A DNA stretch of 61,330 nt from an uncultured Myxococcales bacterium (lineage in GTDB: Bacteria; Myxococcota_A; Polyangia; Polyangiales; Houyiibacteriaceae): positions 1-61,330 of the forward strand of contig CALCTH010000409.1 in the NCBI GenBank assembly GCA_937893795.1, written 5' to 3'. The notes under the pieces were generated by a model. That model was not told the origin of the DNA, searched no databases, and saw nothing but the letters and a program-made list of their open reading frames with translations. A program made the translations under genes and the position numbers. This document shows, one piece after another, positions 1 through 11,293 of this stretch (its first letter is position 1; the number at the start of each line of letters is the position of its first letter).

Positions 1-276
1 CTTCGCGATCTGCCGCTCCGCGAGCTCCAGCGCCGCGTCGGCGCTGGCGCGCCGCCGATTCTGCGCCTCGGCGCTCTCGTCGGCGCGCCCCCCGTCGAGG
101 GCTCGCCGGGCCTGCCGGAGCGCCCCCGCAGCCAGCTCTCGCTCCGGTGCCTCCGAGGCCTGCGCGTAGCGTGCCTCGAGCGCCCGCGGGTCCAGGGGCT
201 GGGCGCGCGCGAAGAGCCCCGCCGCGAGGGCCAGGACGAGGGCGAGGGCCGCGGTTCCGCGGGGCAGCGGGGGCAT
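1..276 (-). CDS. Secreted protein, N-terminal fragment (gene runs off the window start)
   Basis: Reverse-strand ATG at 276 is followed by an open frame to position 1. My translation is MPPLPRGTAALALVLALAAGLFARAQPLDPRALEARYAQ..., a signal-peptide-like N-terminus with an ARA-Q cleavage site. It is absent from the ORF track, probably because no stop lies in the window. Confidence 0.45.
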   Translation of the reverse strand, partial: MPPLPRGTAALALVLALAAGLFARAQPLDPRALEARYAQASEAPERELAAGALRQARRALDGGRADESAEAQNRRRASADAALELAERQIAK

Positions 277-445
277 GCGGGGAGGACCCCAGCACAGGAG
301 CGAGTCGCGGTCCACGGGATGCTCCAGGGAACGCCCGGCGCGGGCTGTCTCCTTCCGGCTGGCGTTCGCCGCAGCCCGCACCTAGCACACGACCACCGCG
401 CGCTCGGCGTAATGCACGCCCGTATGCGGAGACCCCCCTCGGCTC

Positions 446-1570
446 ATGCTTCGTATCGACGACGCCCTGACTCCCCTGGACCCGCTCGTGCTCGACGCCC
501 CGGGCGGCTTCGCCTGGTGGTACGTCGAGCTCCTCGACGAGACGCTCACCGGCCTCGTGCTCATCGCGGCCTGGGGCCTCCCCTTCCTGCCCGGCTACGC
601 GAGCGCGGCGCGGCGCGGCGTGGGGCAAGCGCCCCGCTCCCGACCCAGCCTGAACCTGGCCATCTACGAGAAGGGCGAGCTCACGGGCTACCTCCTCCAC
701 GAAGTCGAGCCGCGCTGCGCCTCGTTCTCGGGCGAAGGCACCTGGACGCTGGGCGAGAGCGCGATGCGTACGGTGGATCGGGACGGCCGCCGGCACGTCG
801 AGATCGACCTCGACGCGCCCCTCGTCGCCCACGGCGGCGGCCGGCTCCGCGGCACCATCCGCTTCGCGGGTCCGCTCGTGCGGCGCGCGGAGGCCGGTGC
901 GGGCGACCTCGGCGGCGCCGACAACCACGCCTGGACGCCGCTCGTCGCGCCCTGCCGAGGCGCCGCGCATCTCGACATCGCCGGGCGTCCGCTCGTGCTC
1001 AGCGGCGACGTCTACCACGACCGCAACGCGAGCGATCAGCCGCTCCACGACCTGGGCTTCGGCCGCTGGGTCTGGGGCCACGTCGCCCTGCCGGACCGGC
1101 ACCGCATCTTCTATGTGCTCTGGCCCAAGGGCGCGCGCGGAGCCGACGCGGAGGTCGGCGGCTACGAGGTGAGCGCCGCCGGCGAGCTCCGGGCGGTGGA
1201 GGGGCTGCGCGCCGACTTCCACGGCGGGGGGAGCACCTTCTTCGGCATGCCCGCCTGGCGCGGCGTGACGCTGCACGCGCCCGGCGAGGAGCGACCCTGG
1301 TTCGACGCCCCGCTCACCACGCGCGTGGACGACGGCTTCTTCTACCTACGCTACCTCTTCGAAGCGAAGGCGAGCGGTCGCCGCGCCCCCGGCAGCCTCG
1401 AGATCATCGACCCGGAGCGCGTCGACCTCGGGCGCCACCGGCGCTTCGTGCGCATGCGGGTCTCGAGCGACCTCGCCACGCCCTCGCCCTGGCTCCCGCT
1501 CTTCACCGGCGATCTCCGCAGCAAGTGGTCCCGGCTCGGTCGGGGCCTCTTGAACGGGTCCGCGCGGTGA
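446..1570 (+). CDS. crtC: Carotenoid 1,2-hydratase / hydroxyneurosporene synthase family (CrtC-like)
   Basis: 374-aa ORF. The N-terminal 'GGFAWWYVELLDE...GLVLIAAWGLPFLPGY' resembles the CrtC family signature as I recall it. Its stop overlaps the start of the downstream desaturase (GTGA at 1567-1570). Confidence 0.7.
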   Translation: MLRIDDALTPLDPLVLDAPGGFAWWYVELLDETLTGLVLIAAWGLPFLPGYASAARRGVGQAPRSRPSLNLAIYEKGELTGYLLHEVEPRCASFSGEGTWTLGESAMRTVDRDGRRHVEIDLDAPLVAHGGGRLRGTIRFAGPLVRRAEAGAGDLGGADNHAWTPLVAPCRGAAHLDIAGRPLVLSGDVYHDRNASDQPLHDLGFGRWVWGHVALPDRHRIFYVLWPKGARGADAEVGGYEVSAAGELRAVEGLRADFHGGGSTFFGMPAWRGVTLHAPGEERPWFDAPLTTRVDDGFFYLRYLFEAKASGRRAPGSLEIIDPERVDLGRHRRFVRMRVSSDLATPSPWLPLFTGDLRSKWSRLGRGLLNGSAR

Positions 1571-3057
1571 GCACCGACGTCCTCGTCATCGGTGGCGGCG
1601 TCGGGGGCCTCGCCGCGGCGGTGGTTCTCGCCGGCCGGGGCAAGCGCGTGCATCTCCTCGAGGCCGGCGATGCCCTCGGCGGCAAGCTCGGCACGGCCTC
1701 GCACGACGGCGTCGTCTTCGACACCGGCCCGAGCATCCTCACCGTCCCGGAGGCGTTCCGCCGGGTCTTCGCGGCGGCGGACGTCCGCCTCGAAGACGCG
1801 CTCACGCTGCGCCGCCTGGACCCGAGCTTCCGCTACCGCTTCCCGGGGGGACCGGTGGTGGACTTCCACGACTCCCTCGAGGGGACGCTGGCGAGCGTGC
1901 GGGACACGCTCGGCGCGCAGGCCGCCGACGAGCTTCGTGCCTTTGCCGCGCATGCCGAGGCTCTCTGGGACCGGACGGCGCCCGTCTTCGTCTTCGGTCC
2001 GGCGCCCGCGCCCGACGTGCTCCGGCGCATGCCGCCCTCCCAGCTCCTCGACGTTTTCCGCATCGACGCGACCCGCACCATGTGGCGGGCCATCGAGGAC
2101 CGCGTGAAGACGCCGGAGCTGCGCGCGATCCTCCAGCGCTACGCGACGTACAACGGCTCCGACGCGCGCCGGGCCCCGGGCACGCTCAACTGCATCGCGC
2201 ACGTGGAGCTCGGCCTCGGCGGCTATGGCGTCGAGGGCGGCATGGCGCGTCTGGTGGAGGCGCTGGCGAAGGTGGCGCGCGACCGGGGGGCGGTTCTCGA
2301 GACGAACGCGCGGGTGACCCGGGTGATGACGCGCGGCCGCCGCCTCGGCATCGCCCGCGAGGTCACGGGCGTGGAGCTCGCCGATGGTCGCCGCCTCGAA
2401 GCACGCGCCGTGGTGAGCAACGCGGAGACGCGGCACCTCTTCGACGCGCTCCTCCCCAAGCCGCCTCGGGAGGCGCGCCGGCGCCGCGGCGAGCCTTCCA
2501 CCTCGGGTTGGAACGCCATCGTGAGGGCGGCTCCCACGGAGGCTCGCGCCGCGCACAACGTGCTCTTCCCGGCGCGCTACCGCGGCGAGTTCGAGGACCT
2601 CTTCGACCGGGGCCAGCCGCCCGCGGAGCCCACGGTCTACGCCTGTGACCAACGCCTCGCGCACGGCCGGACGGGCTGGCCGGACGGGCGGGCGCCGCTC
2701 TTCCTGATGGTGAACGCGCCGGCCGTCGAGCACACGCGCGGCGCCATCGACTGGCCCGCCCTACGCGACAAGGCGCTGCGGCGCGCGCGCGACGTGGGGC
2801 TGGTCGGGGAGAACGACGAGGTCGTTTGGGAGCGGCGTCCCGAGGACCTCGCGCGCCGCTTCCCCGGCTCGAGCGGCAGCCTCTACGGGAGCTCCAGCTC
2901 GCATCCCCTGAGCGCGTTTCTCCGGCCGCCGAATCGCATCGCATCCGTACCGGGGCTCTACGTGGCGAGCGGCACGGCGCACCCCGGCGGCGGCGTCCCG
3001 CTCTGCGCCATGAGCGGCTACCAGGCCGCACAGGCCGTCCTGGCCGACGCGCGCTAG
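1567..3057 (+). CDS. crtD: FAD-dependent carotenoid desaturase, phytoene-desaturase family (CrtD/CrtI-like)
   Basis: This is the C-terminal 496 codons of the 912-aa ORF 319..3057. It has the Rossmann motif 'DVLVIGGGVGGLAAAVVLAGRGKRVHLLEAGDALGGK' and the C-terminal 'GLYVASGTAHPGGGVPLCAMSG' typical of CrtI-type desaturases. The start is set at in-frame GTG 1567. The upstream part of the ORF is Arg/Pro-rich junk overlapping crtC. Confidence 0.7.
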   Translation: MSTDVLVIGGGVGGLAAAVVLAGRGKRVHLLEAGDALGGKLGTASHDGVVFDTGPSILTVPEAFRRVFAAADVRLEDALTLRRLDPSFRYRFPGGPVVDFHDSLEGTLASVRDTLGAQAADELRAFAAHAEALWDRTAPVFVFGPAPAPDVLRRMPPSQLLDVFRIDATRTMWRAIEDRVKTPELRAILQRYATYNGSDARRAPGTLNCIAHVELGLGGYGVEGGMARLVEALAKVARDRGAVLETNARVTRVMTRGRRLGIAREVTGVELADGRRLEARAVVSNAETRHLFDALLPKPPREARRRRGEPSTSGWNAIVRAAPTEARAAHNVLFPARYRGEFEDLFDRGQPPAEPTVYACDQRLAHGRTGWPDGRAPLFLMVNAPAVEHTRGAIDWPALRDKALRRARDVGLVGENDEVVWERRPEDLARRFPGSSGSLYGSSSSHPLSAFLRPPNRIASVPGLYVASGTAHPGGGVPLCAMSGYQAAQAVLADAR

Positions 3058-3125
3058 CGAACGTTCCGTACTGCTGTCGGTGCTGCGCACAGAGCCCCGA
3101 TGCGGGCACGGAGTGAAATGCGCTG

Positions 3126-5129
3126 ATGCACCGCGCGCGCTGCGTCGCGGCGGGAAAGCGTTATCGTCACGGGCAGATGCCAGGCATCGCGAACGGCAGC
3201 GGCCCGGGAGCCGCCGACACGGTCGAGACCGAGCGTCTTCGCCTCGCGGCCGAGCTCACGACGCAGGGCCTCTGGGATTGGGACCTCCGGACGGGTGACC
3301 TCTGGTGGTCGCCCGAGCTCCGCGAGCTCCTCGGCGCCGCGCCCGAGACGCTCCAGGTGACGGGGGAGGAGTTCGTCGAGCGCGTCCATCCGGATGATCG
3401 AGAGCGCGTCGGCCGCGCGCTCCGAGCGCACCTCGACGATGGCGCTCCCTACGACCTTGAGTTTCGTATGCTCCATGAGGACGGGCGCGAGGTCGTGGTG
3501 CTCAGCCGGGGTCGCGCCTTCCGGAACCCCGAGGGCGAGGCCTACCGCATGGCGGGCGTCCTCCTGGACATCAGCCCCAGCGCCACGGCCCGGGAGGCGC
3601 TTCGGGTCAGCGAGCGGCGCTACCGCGACATGTCCGCCAGCGTCCCTGGAGCGCTCTATCAGTACGTTCGGCGTCCGGACGGCTCCGACGCGCTCTTGTC
3701 CATGAGCGAAGGCTGCTTCGAGCTCTTCGAGATCACGGCCGACGAGGCGTGTCGGGACGTGGGTCGCCTTTGGGCGCAGATTCACCCGGACGACCTCCAG
3801 GGCGTCGCCGACTCGGTCGCTCACTCCGAGCGAACCCTCGAGCCCTGGCTCGCGCGCTACCGGAACATCACCCCATCGGGGAAGCAGAAGTGGGTCTACG
3901 CGCGCGGGATGCCGCGCCGACTCCCCGATGGGGGCACGCTCTGGACCAGCATCCTCTTCGACGTGTCCGAGCGCGTGCAGATGGAGGAGCAGCTCAAGGA
4001 GAGCCGGGAGCTTCTTTTCCGGGCGCAGAAAATGGACGCGCTGGGGCAGCTCACGGGCGGGCTCGCCCACGACTTCAACAACCTGCTCTCGGTCATCCTC
4101 AGCGGCCTCGAGACGCTCGGGGAGCTTCAGCCGACGCTTCCGCAGGAGCAGCGCGCGGCGCTCGACGATGCCTTTCAGGCGACGCGCCGCGGCGCGGCCC
4201 TCACGCGCTCGCTTCTCGGCTTCGCGCGGCGCGCGGAGCTCGACCCCGTGGTCCTCGACCTCGAGGAGGTCGTCGCCGTCATGCGACCGCTGCTGCGACG
4301 TACGCTTCCGGCGAACATCGCCTTCGGGTGGCGTGGGGCCGACGGCCCGGCGCGGGTGCTCGTCGACCGGGCCGGCCTCGAGAGCACGCTGCTGAACCTC
4401 GTGCTCAACGCCCGGGACGCGCTGCCCTCCGGGGGCCGCGTGGGCTTGTCCGTGACGCTCCGTCCCGGCATCGCGCCCGCGGAGCTTGCCGCAGGTGACT
4501 ACGTGGAGCTCGCCGTCGAGGACGACGGGGAGGGCATGACCGCGGAGACCCTCGCGCGGGTCTTCGAGCCCTTCTTCACGACCAAGGGACGCCGCGGGAG
4601 CGGCATGGGTCTCGCCATGACGCACGGCTTCGTCCAGCAGTCCGGTGGGCGCTGCGACGTGTCGTCCTTGCCCGGAGAAGGGACGCGGGTCTCGCTCCTC
4701 TTCCCGCGCGCACCTACGCGGGCCAAGCGTATCTCGCGTCCGGCGCTGGGCGGGAGCCAGCGGGGCTTCGGGCACATCCGCTTGCTCTTCGTCGAGGACG
4801 AGGACGCCGTGCGACGGTCGGTGGCCCGTGGCCTACGCCGCGCCGGCTTCGAGCTGACGGTCGCGCGCGACGGGGAGGAGGCTCGCAAGCTACTCCGGGC
4901 CTCGTCCTCCGCCTTCGACGTGGTCGTCAGCGACCTGCGCATGCCCGGGGCCGTCCAGGGCGAGCACCTCGCGGACGAGGTCGGGCACGCCATTCCCGTC
5001 ATCGTGGTCAGCGGCAATCCCCCGGAGGGCGGCGTGCGCGGCGCGGTGGCTCTGCTGACGAAGCCCGTGGCGCTCGGAGAGCTGGTGGGCCACATCGCCG
5101 CGGCCGCGACGAAGGTCCAGGGACGCTAG
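3126..5129 (+). CDS. Hybrid sensor histidine kinase (PAS-PAS-HisKA-HATPase-receiver)
   Basis: Two PAS-like segments ('GLWDWDL..WWSPEL', 'YRNITPSGKQKWVYARG'). H-box 'LTGGLAHDFNNLLSVI'. G-box 'GSGMGLAMTHGFVQQSGG'. C-terminal REC domain 'LLFVEDEDAVR...VVVSDLRMPG'. The start could also be ATG 3177. Confidence 0.85.
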   Translation: MHRARCVAAGKRYRHGQMPGIANGSGPGAADTVETERLRLAAELTTQGLWDWDLRTGDLWWSPELRELLGAAPETLQVTGEEFVERVHPDDRERVGRALRAHLDDGAPYDLEFRMLHEDGREVVVLSRGRAFRNPEGEAYRMAGVLLDISPSATAREALRVSERRYRDMSASVPGALYQYVRRPDGSDALLSMSEGCFELFEITADEACRDVGRLWAQIHPDDLQGVADSVAHSERTLEPWLARYRNITPSGKQKWVYARGMPRRLPDGGTLWTSILFDVSERVQMEEQLKESRELLFRAQKMDALGQLTGGLAHDFNNLLSVILSGLETLGELQPTLPQEQRAALDDAFQATRRGAALTRSLLGFARRAELDPVVLDLEEVVAVMRPLLRRTLPANIAFGWRGADGPARVLVDRAGLESTLLNLVLNARDALPSGGRVGLSVTLRPGIAPAELAAGDYVELAVEDDGEGMTAETLARVFEPFFTTKGRRGSGMGLAMTHGFVQQSGGRCDVSSLPGEGTRVSLLFPRAPTRAKRISRPALGGSQRGFGHIRLLFVEDEDAVRRSVARGLRRAGFELTVARDGEEARKLLRASSSAFDVVVSDLRMPGAVQGEHLADEVGHAIPVIVVSGNPPEGGVRGAVALLTKPVALGELVGHIAAAATKVQGR

Positions 5130-5138
5130 CCTGCGGGC

Positions 5139-5828
5139 GTGCAGCCTGCGCGGCGGGTCCCGGCGCCGGCGCCGACCCGTAGTATCAAGGGCGACGTGCC
5201 CGCGCAGATCGAGTTCTTCTTCGACCTCTCCTCACCCTGGACCTGCCTCGCCTTCCACAACCTGCGGCCCATGATGCGGGAGCGCGGGGTCGCGATCCGC
5301 TGGCGTCCTTTCCTCGTCGGGGGCGTGCACAACGCGGTGAACCGCGCCTATCCGGAGGCGCGGCAGACGCAGCTCTCGTCGCCCAAGTGGCGCCAGTTCG
5401 CCCGCTCCCTCTACGACTGGGCCGCCCTCGCCGGGGTGACGATGAGCTTCCCGGGGCCGCATTTTCCGCTGCGCTCGGTCCACGCGATGCGCTTCTGCTG
5501 CCTCCTCGAGGACGATCCGCCCGCCCTCGAGCGCTTCGCCGAGGCGGGCTTCGAGGCCTACTACACGCGGCAGGAGAACCTCGACGATCCGGCCGTGCTC
5601 GTGGCCGTGGCCGACGCCGCGGGCTTCGACGGCGAGGCGCTCCGCGCCCGCTCGACGGAGCAGCCCACGAAGGACCACCTTCGAGCCAACACGGACGAGG
5701 CCATCGCCCGCGGCGCCTTCGGCTCGCCGAGCATCTTCGTGCCCTTCGAAGGCGGCGAGCGCCTCTACTTCGGTAACGACCAGCTGCCCCTCGTCGCCTG
5801 GGCGCTGGACCGCGGCCGCGGCGGCTGA
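5139..5828 (+). CDS. 2-hydroxychromene-2-carboxylate isomerase-like DsbA/thioredoxin-fold protein
   Basis: 'IEFFFDLSSPWTCLAFHNL...RWRPFLVGGV...FGSPSIFV' fits the HCCA-isomerase/DsbA-like family pattern. The start is uncertain: GTG 5139 or GTG 5196. Confidence 0.65.
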   Translation: MQPARRVPAPAPTRSIKGDVPAQIEFFFDLSSPWTCLAFHNLRPMMRERGVAIRWRPFLVGGVHNAVNRAYPEARQTQLSSPKWRQFARSLYDWAALAGVTMSFPGPHFPLRSVHAMRFCCLLEDDPPALERFAEAGFEAYYTRQENLDDPAVLVAVADAAGFDGEALRARSTEQPTKDHLRANTDEAIARGAFGSPSIFVPFEGGERLYFGNDQLPLVAWALDRGRGG

Positions 5829-6130
5829 GCCCGCGTGGGGACGCTCGCGGTGCGCGCCGGAGACGCGGCCATCGACAACAGCTTCGACGCCATGGCGGCC
5901 CGGACCGGCGGCACCGTGCTCGTCGCGGCCGAGCCGAGGCCACGACGCAGGCGGCCGTCGCGCTTCTGCGCCCAGAGCGGACCAGCTCCATCGTGCACTG
6001 CGCGGCCCCGGTCGACGGTCCGCCTAGGCGACGCGTCATGGTCCGCATCGGTGACGTGCCGGCAGAGACGACCTACGACGTGCCGGTCGCTCCCCACGCC
6101 GCCGCGGCTCATCGGGTCCCCGGCAGCTCC

Positions 6131-8377
<2,247 letters not shown>

Positions 8378-8395
8378 GGCGCGGAGCCTACTCGC

Positions 8396-9538
8396 TCAAT
8401 CCGTGGTGACCACGAAGCCGAGGGTGCTGCTGAGGTAGGTGCGGCGCAGCGTGCCGTCGTCTGCGGTGTCGCGGTCCGTGTAGAGGTCGCGGTCGGCGAC
8501 CTCGAGGCGCGTGTCCAGGCGGATGTAGACGTGCTTCGAGGGGTGGTAGTCGAGCGTCGCCGTTACCGTCCCGAGGCGCTCGTACTGGCCCAGCGTGACC
8601 AGCGCCTCCGTGTCGCCGACCAGCTCGCCACGAAGCGCGAGCGCGAAGCTCTCCGTCACGTCGAGGGCGGCCGTGGCGGCGAGGCCGTAGAAGAGCGCGT
8701 CGTCGTCCGGCGCCGAGACGTAGACGCTCCCGTTGACGGCGAGGCGGAGGCGCCCGACGAGGGTGGCCGTGAGCACCGCGTCGACGAAATGCTCCCACTG
8801 GTCGTCGTCCACGGCGGCCGCGGCGGCGCCGTAACCGCTGGCCGAGGCGCCGGTGTAGTAGCCGAGGGCGAGCTCGGCGGCGTCGCCGAGGGGGAAGAGC
8901 ACCTGGACGCCGACGTGGGGGCTCTGGTTGTTGTCCACGACGGCCAGGTTCGTCCCGTTCACGACCATGGCCCTGAGCGTGAAGGCCTCGGCCTCATAGG
9001 TCAGGCGTCCTCCGAAGTGATAAAAGGGCTGCAGAAAGTAGAGCGCCCCGCGCGTGTAGTTCGCGTTGCGCCAGCTGTCGGCGGACTCGACGCCGTAGAG
9101 CGTGTCGAACTGGCCTACGTCGAGCTGCAGGCCCTCCATGGGGCGCCAGCTCGCGTAGGCCTCCTTCAGCGCCACGAACTCGGCGACGGGCGCGCCGATG
9201 AGCGCGGCCTGAGCCCCACCGAAACGGAGGTCGAGGGTCGCGCCGACGTCCTCCCCCTCGTAGGCGATGCCGAGCCCGGCGAAGGAGAGGCCGAAGCCCT
9301 GGTTCCGGTCGAAAGCGCGGTGCGCGATGCCCGCGGAGTTGGCCGTCGGAGCCGCCGGTAGGTTCCAGTCGGCGAGGTAGTAGGCGTCGACGAAGGCCTC
9401 GAGGCGGATGCGCCGCCACCAGTCGTCGTCCGTATCCGCCGAGCCGGATGTCGTGTCCGTTGCGGGGACCGCCGTCTGAGCGCGCGCGTGCGAGGCGAGG
9501 AGACCGAGGAGCGAGGCGAGGATGAGGTGCCGGAACAT
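8396..9538 (-). CDS. Outer-membrane beta-barrel porin (OmpL-like / bbp2-type)
   Basis: Signal peptide 'MFRHLILASLLGLLASHARAQ', with the start trimmed to ATG 9538. 'IRLEAFVDAYYLADWN...RAFDRNQGFGLSFAGLGIAYE...LDLRFGG' and the alternating beta-strand pattern fit this porin family. Confidence 0.6.
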   Translation of the reverse strand: MFRHLILASLLGLLASHARAQTAVPATDTTSGSADTDDDWWRRIRLEAFVDAYYLADWNLPAAPTANSAGIAHRAFDRNQGFGLSFAGLGIAYEGEDVGATLDLRFGGAQAALIGAPVAEFVALKEAYASWRPMEGLQLDVGQFDTLYGVESADSWRNANYTRGALYFLQPFYHFGGRLTYEAEAFTLRAMVVNGTNLAVVDNNQSPHVGVQVLFPLGDAAELALGYYTGASASGYGAAAAAVDDDQWEHFVDAVLTATLVGRLRLAVNGSVYVSAPDDDALFYGLAATAALDVTESFALALRGELVGDTEALVTLGQYERLGTVTATLDYHPSKHVYIRLDTRLEVADRDLYTDRDTADDGTLRRTYLSSTLGFVVTTD

Positions 9539-9586
9539 GCTCCCCTCCTCCCCCGAGGACGGGGGCTGGCTCAAGACTGCTCTGGC

Positions 9587-10153
9587 CTACGTCGCGCTTT
9601 CCTCGCGGAGCGCGCGGAGAAGGCGCCGGAAGCTCGGCGCAGCGAAGCCCGCGGTCTTTCGGGGGGCGAAGGCGCCCAGGACGAGCGACCCGATCACGAA
9701 GGCCAGAAGCGTCGCGGCGTCTTCCGAGCCCAACGTGCCGCCGGAGCGGCGGACGAGCCCTTCGAGCTCCCCGTCGAGGAGCCGCCGGACCCGCTTGAAG
9801 AGAGCGGGCGCCCGCTGCGCCTCGGCGAAGAGACCCACCCAGGCGCGCGCGGCCTCCACGTCGTCCCCAGGCCCGAGGCGCAGCGCCGCGTCGCCGTAGG
9901 CGTCGAGCGGAGCCGCGCCCTCGGCCTCCAGCGCCCGCACGCCGGCCCGGAAGCGCGCGAGCAGTCCGCTCATCAGCACCTCGAGCAGCTCATCCTTGTC
10001 GCGAAAGTGGTGGTGCACGAGCCCCGGCGCCACGCCGGCCTCCGCGGCCACCGCCGCGATGGTGGCCCGGGCGAAGCCCTGCCGCGCGAGCACCCGACCA
10101 AAGGCTCCGGCGATCTCGCGTCGTCGCTCTTCCCGAACGCTCGGACGACCCAT
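9587..10153 (-). CDS. TetR/AcrR family transcriptional regulator
   Basis: N-terminal HTH 'RREIAGAFGRVLARQGFARATIAAVAAEAGVAPGLVHHHFRDKDELL' is canonical for TetR. Confidence 0.88.
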   Translation of the reverse strand: MGRPSVREERRREIAGAFGRVLARQGFARATIAAVAAEAGVAPGLVHHHFRDKDELLEVLMSGLLARFRAGVRALEAEGAAPLDAYGDAALRLGPGDDVEAARAWVGLFAEAQRAPALFKRVRRLLDGELEGLVRRSGGTLGSEDAATLLAFVIGSLVLGAFAPRKTAGFAAPSFRRLLRALREESAT

Positions 10154-10237
10154 GGGGAGAGGCTAGCGTTGATTGGTCCTGCAACCAGTCCGGGCCACCC
10201 GGCTTCGCCAGCGCACGTCTCGAGCCGCTTGCGTGAG

Positions 10238-10263
10238 GTAGATTGGTTGGGTAGCCAATCTAC
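10238..10263. promoter_or_regulatory. Perfect 9-8-9 inverted repeat (GTAGATTGG-N8-CCAATCTAC), candidate TetR operator
   Basis: Read directly from the sequence. It lies in the 130-bp divergent region between the tetR start (10153) and the small ORF starting at 10284. Confidence 0.45.
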
Positions 10264-10283
10264 ACGGGACAGCGTGGGAGCCA

Positions 10284-10621
10284 TGCATCCCTGGATTCGT
10301 ATCGTCCCATGCCCGCTCCCCGGTCTCCCGAGCTATCATGTGGTCTGCGCTCGGCGCCGGGGCCTCGAGGCCGAGGTCGCCGCCGCCGCCCTTTCCCTCG
10401 GTCAGGAGCTCGCGCGGGCTCGCTACGGCCGCGGCGGCGGCTTCGTCGTGCTCATGAGCGGCGGCACGGGGCGGCGCCGGAGCTGGCCGCACGCTCACGT
10501 GGTGGCCGTGCGCAACGTGGCCCACAAACGCGTCTGCCTGGCGCTCCTGCTCGTGAAGCGGCGTCTGGCGGCGCTCGAACGGTTACGCCTCGGTAGCGCA
10601 GGGCGACGCTCCGCCGCCTGA
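10284..10621 (+). CDS. Small hypothetical protein with a weak, degenerate HIT-like motif
   Basis: This is the ATG-initiated tail of ORF 9488..10621. 'GGGFVVLMSGGTGRRRSWPHAHVVAV' loosely resembles the HIT 'G..Q.V.H.H.H' segment but lacks the third His. It is divergent from tetR. Coding status is uncertain. Confidence 0.35.
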
Positions 10622-10665
10622 GGGACTTCTGAACGTCCGTTCCCCATCGTGCTAGCGTCCCGCCC

Positions 10666-11265
10666 GTGATCGGAAGGCTCCGGGGCGCCGTCGGCGCGGT
10701 GCAGCTCGACGGGACGCTTATCGTCGACGTGAGCGGGGTCGGCTACGAGGTCCACGTGCCCCTCGGTACGCTCGGACGGGCCCGGGAAGGCGACGAGCTC
10801 GAGCTCCACGTGCACACCCACGCGCGGGAGACGGAGCTCGCGCTCTACGGCTTCCCGACGGCCGAGGACAAGCACGCCTTCCGCGCCCTCCTCGGCGTCT
10901 CGAACGTCGGACCCAAGCTGGCGCTGGCCATCCTCGGCAGCCTCGACGCGCAGGCGCTCGCCGACGCCGTGACGCGGCAGGACCGGGCCGCGCTCAAGGG
11001 CATAAGCGGCGTGGGCAAGAAGACCATCGAGCGCATCCTCCTCGACCTCGGCGGCAAGCTCGTCGCGCCCCCGCCGGGTCTGCGCGCCGCGCCCGCGGCG
11101 CGGCCGACCACGCTCAGCGGGCCCAAGGCCACCGTGGCCGGCGCGCTCGTCAGCATGGGCTACAAGCGCGCGGAGGCGGAACGCGCGCTGGAGAGTCTCG
11201 AGGACGCGAAGGGGGGCGAGAGCGTCGAGGCGATGCTCCGCCGGGCCCTGGGAGCCATGCGCTGA
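10666..11265 (+). CDS. ruvA: Holliday junction branch-migration complex subunit RuvA
   Basis: 'IGRLRGAV....[18 protein letters not shown]' N-terminal OB fold and '[16 protein letters not shown]' HhH motifs. It lies immediately upstream of ruvB. Confidence 0.92.
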   Translation: MIGRLRGAVGAVQLDGTLIVDVSGVGYEVHVPLGTLGRAREGDELELHVHTHARETELALYGFPTAEDKHAFRALLGVSNVGPKLALAILGSLDAQALADAVTRQDRAALKGISGVGKKTIERILLDLGGKLVAPPPGLRAAPAARPTTLSGPKATVAGALVSMGYKRAEAERALESLEDAKGGESVEAMLRRALGAMR

Positions 11266-11293
11266 TGGGAACCTCACCGAGGGGGAGCGTCCG

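Noticed and set aside
319-1566. N-terminal 416 codons of the 912-aa ORF 319..3057
   Set aside because: It is Arg/Pro/Ala-rich low-complexity translation that overlaps the well-supported crtC frame. The recognisable FAD-binding N-terminus begins at GTG 1567, which overlaps the crtC stop.
5829-6130. 300-bp gap between convergent genes holding partial ORFs (5835..6281 +, 5993..6541 +, 5765..6112 -)
   Set aside because: None of the frames gives a convincing protein. The first about 35 aa of the 5835 ORF look plausible, then the sequence degenerates into Arg/Pro/Ser-rich text. No tRNA-like cloverleaf or strong hairpin is seen. It may be a decayed gene remnant, but I cannot support that.
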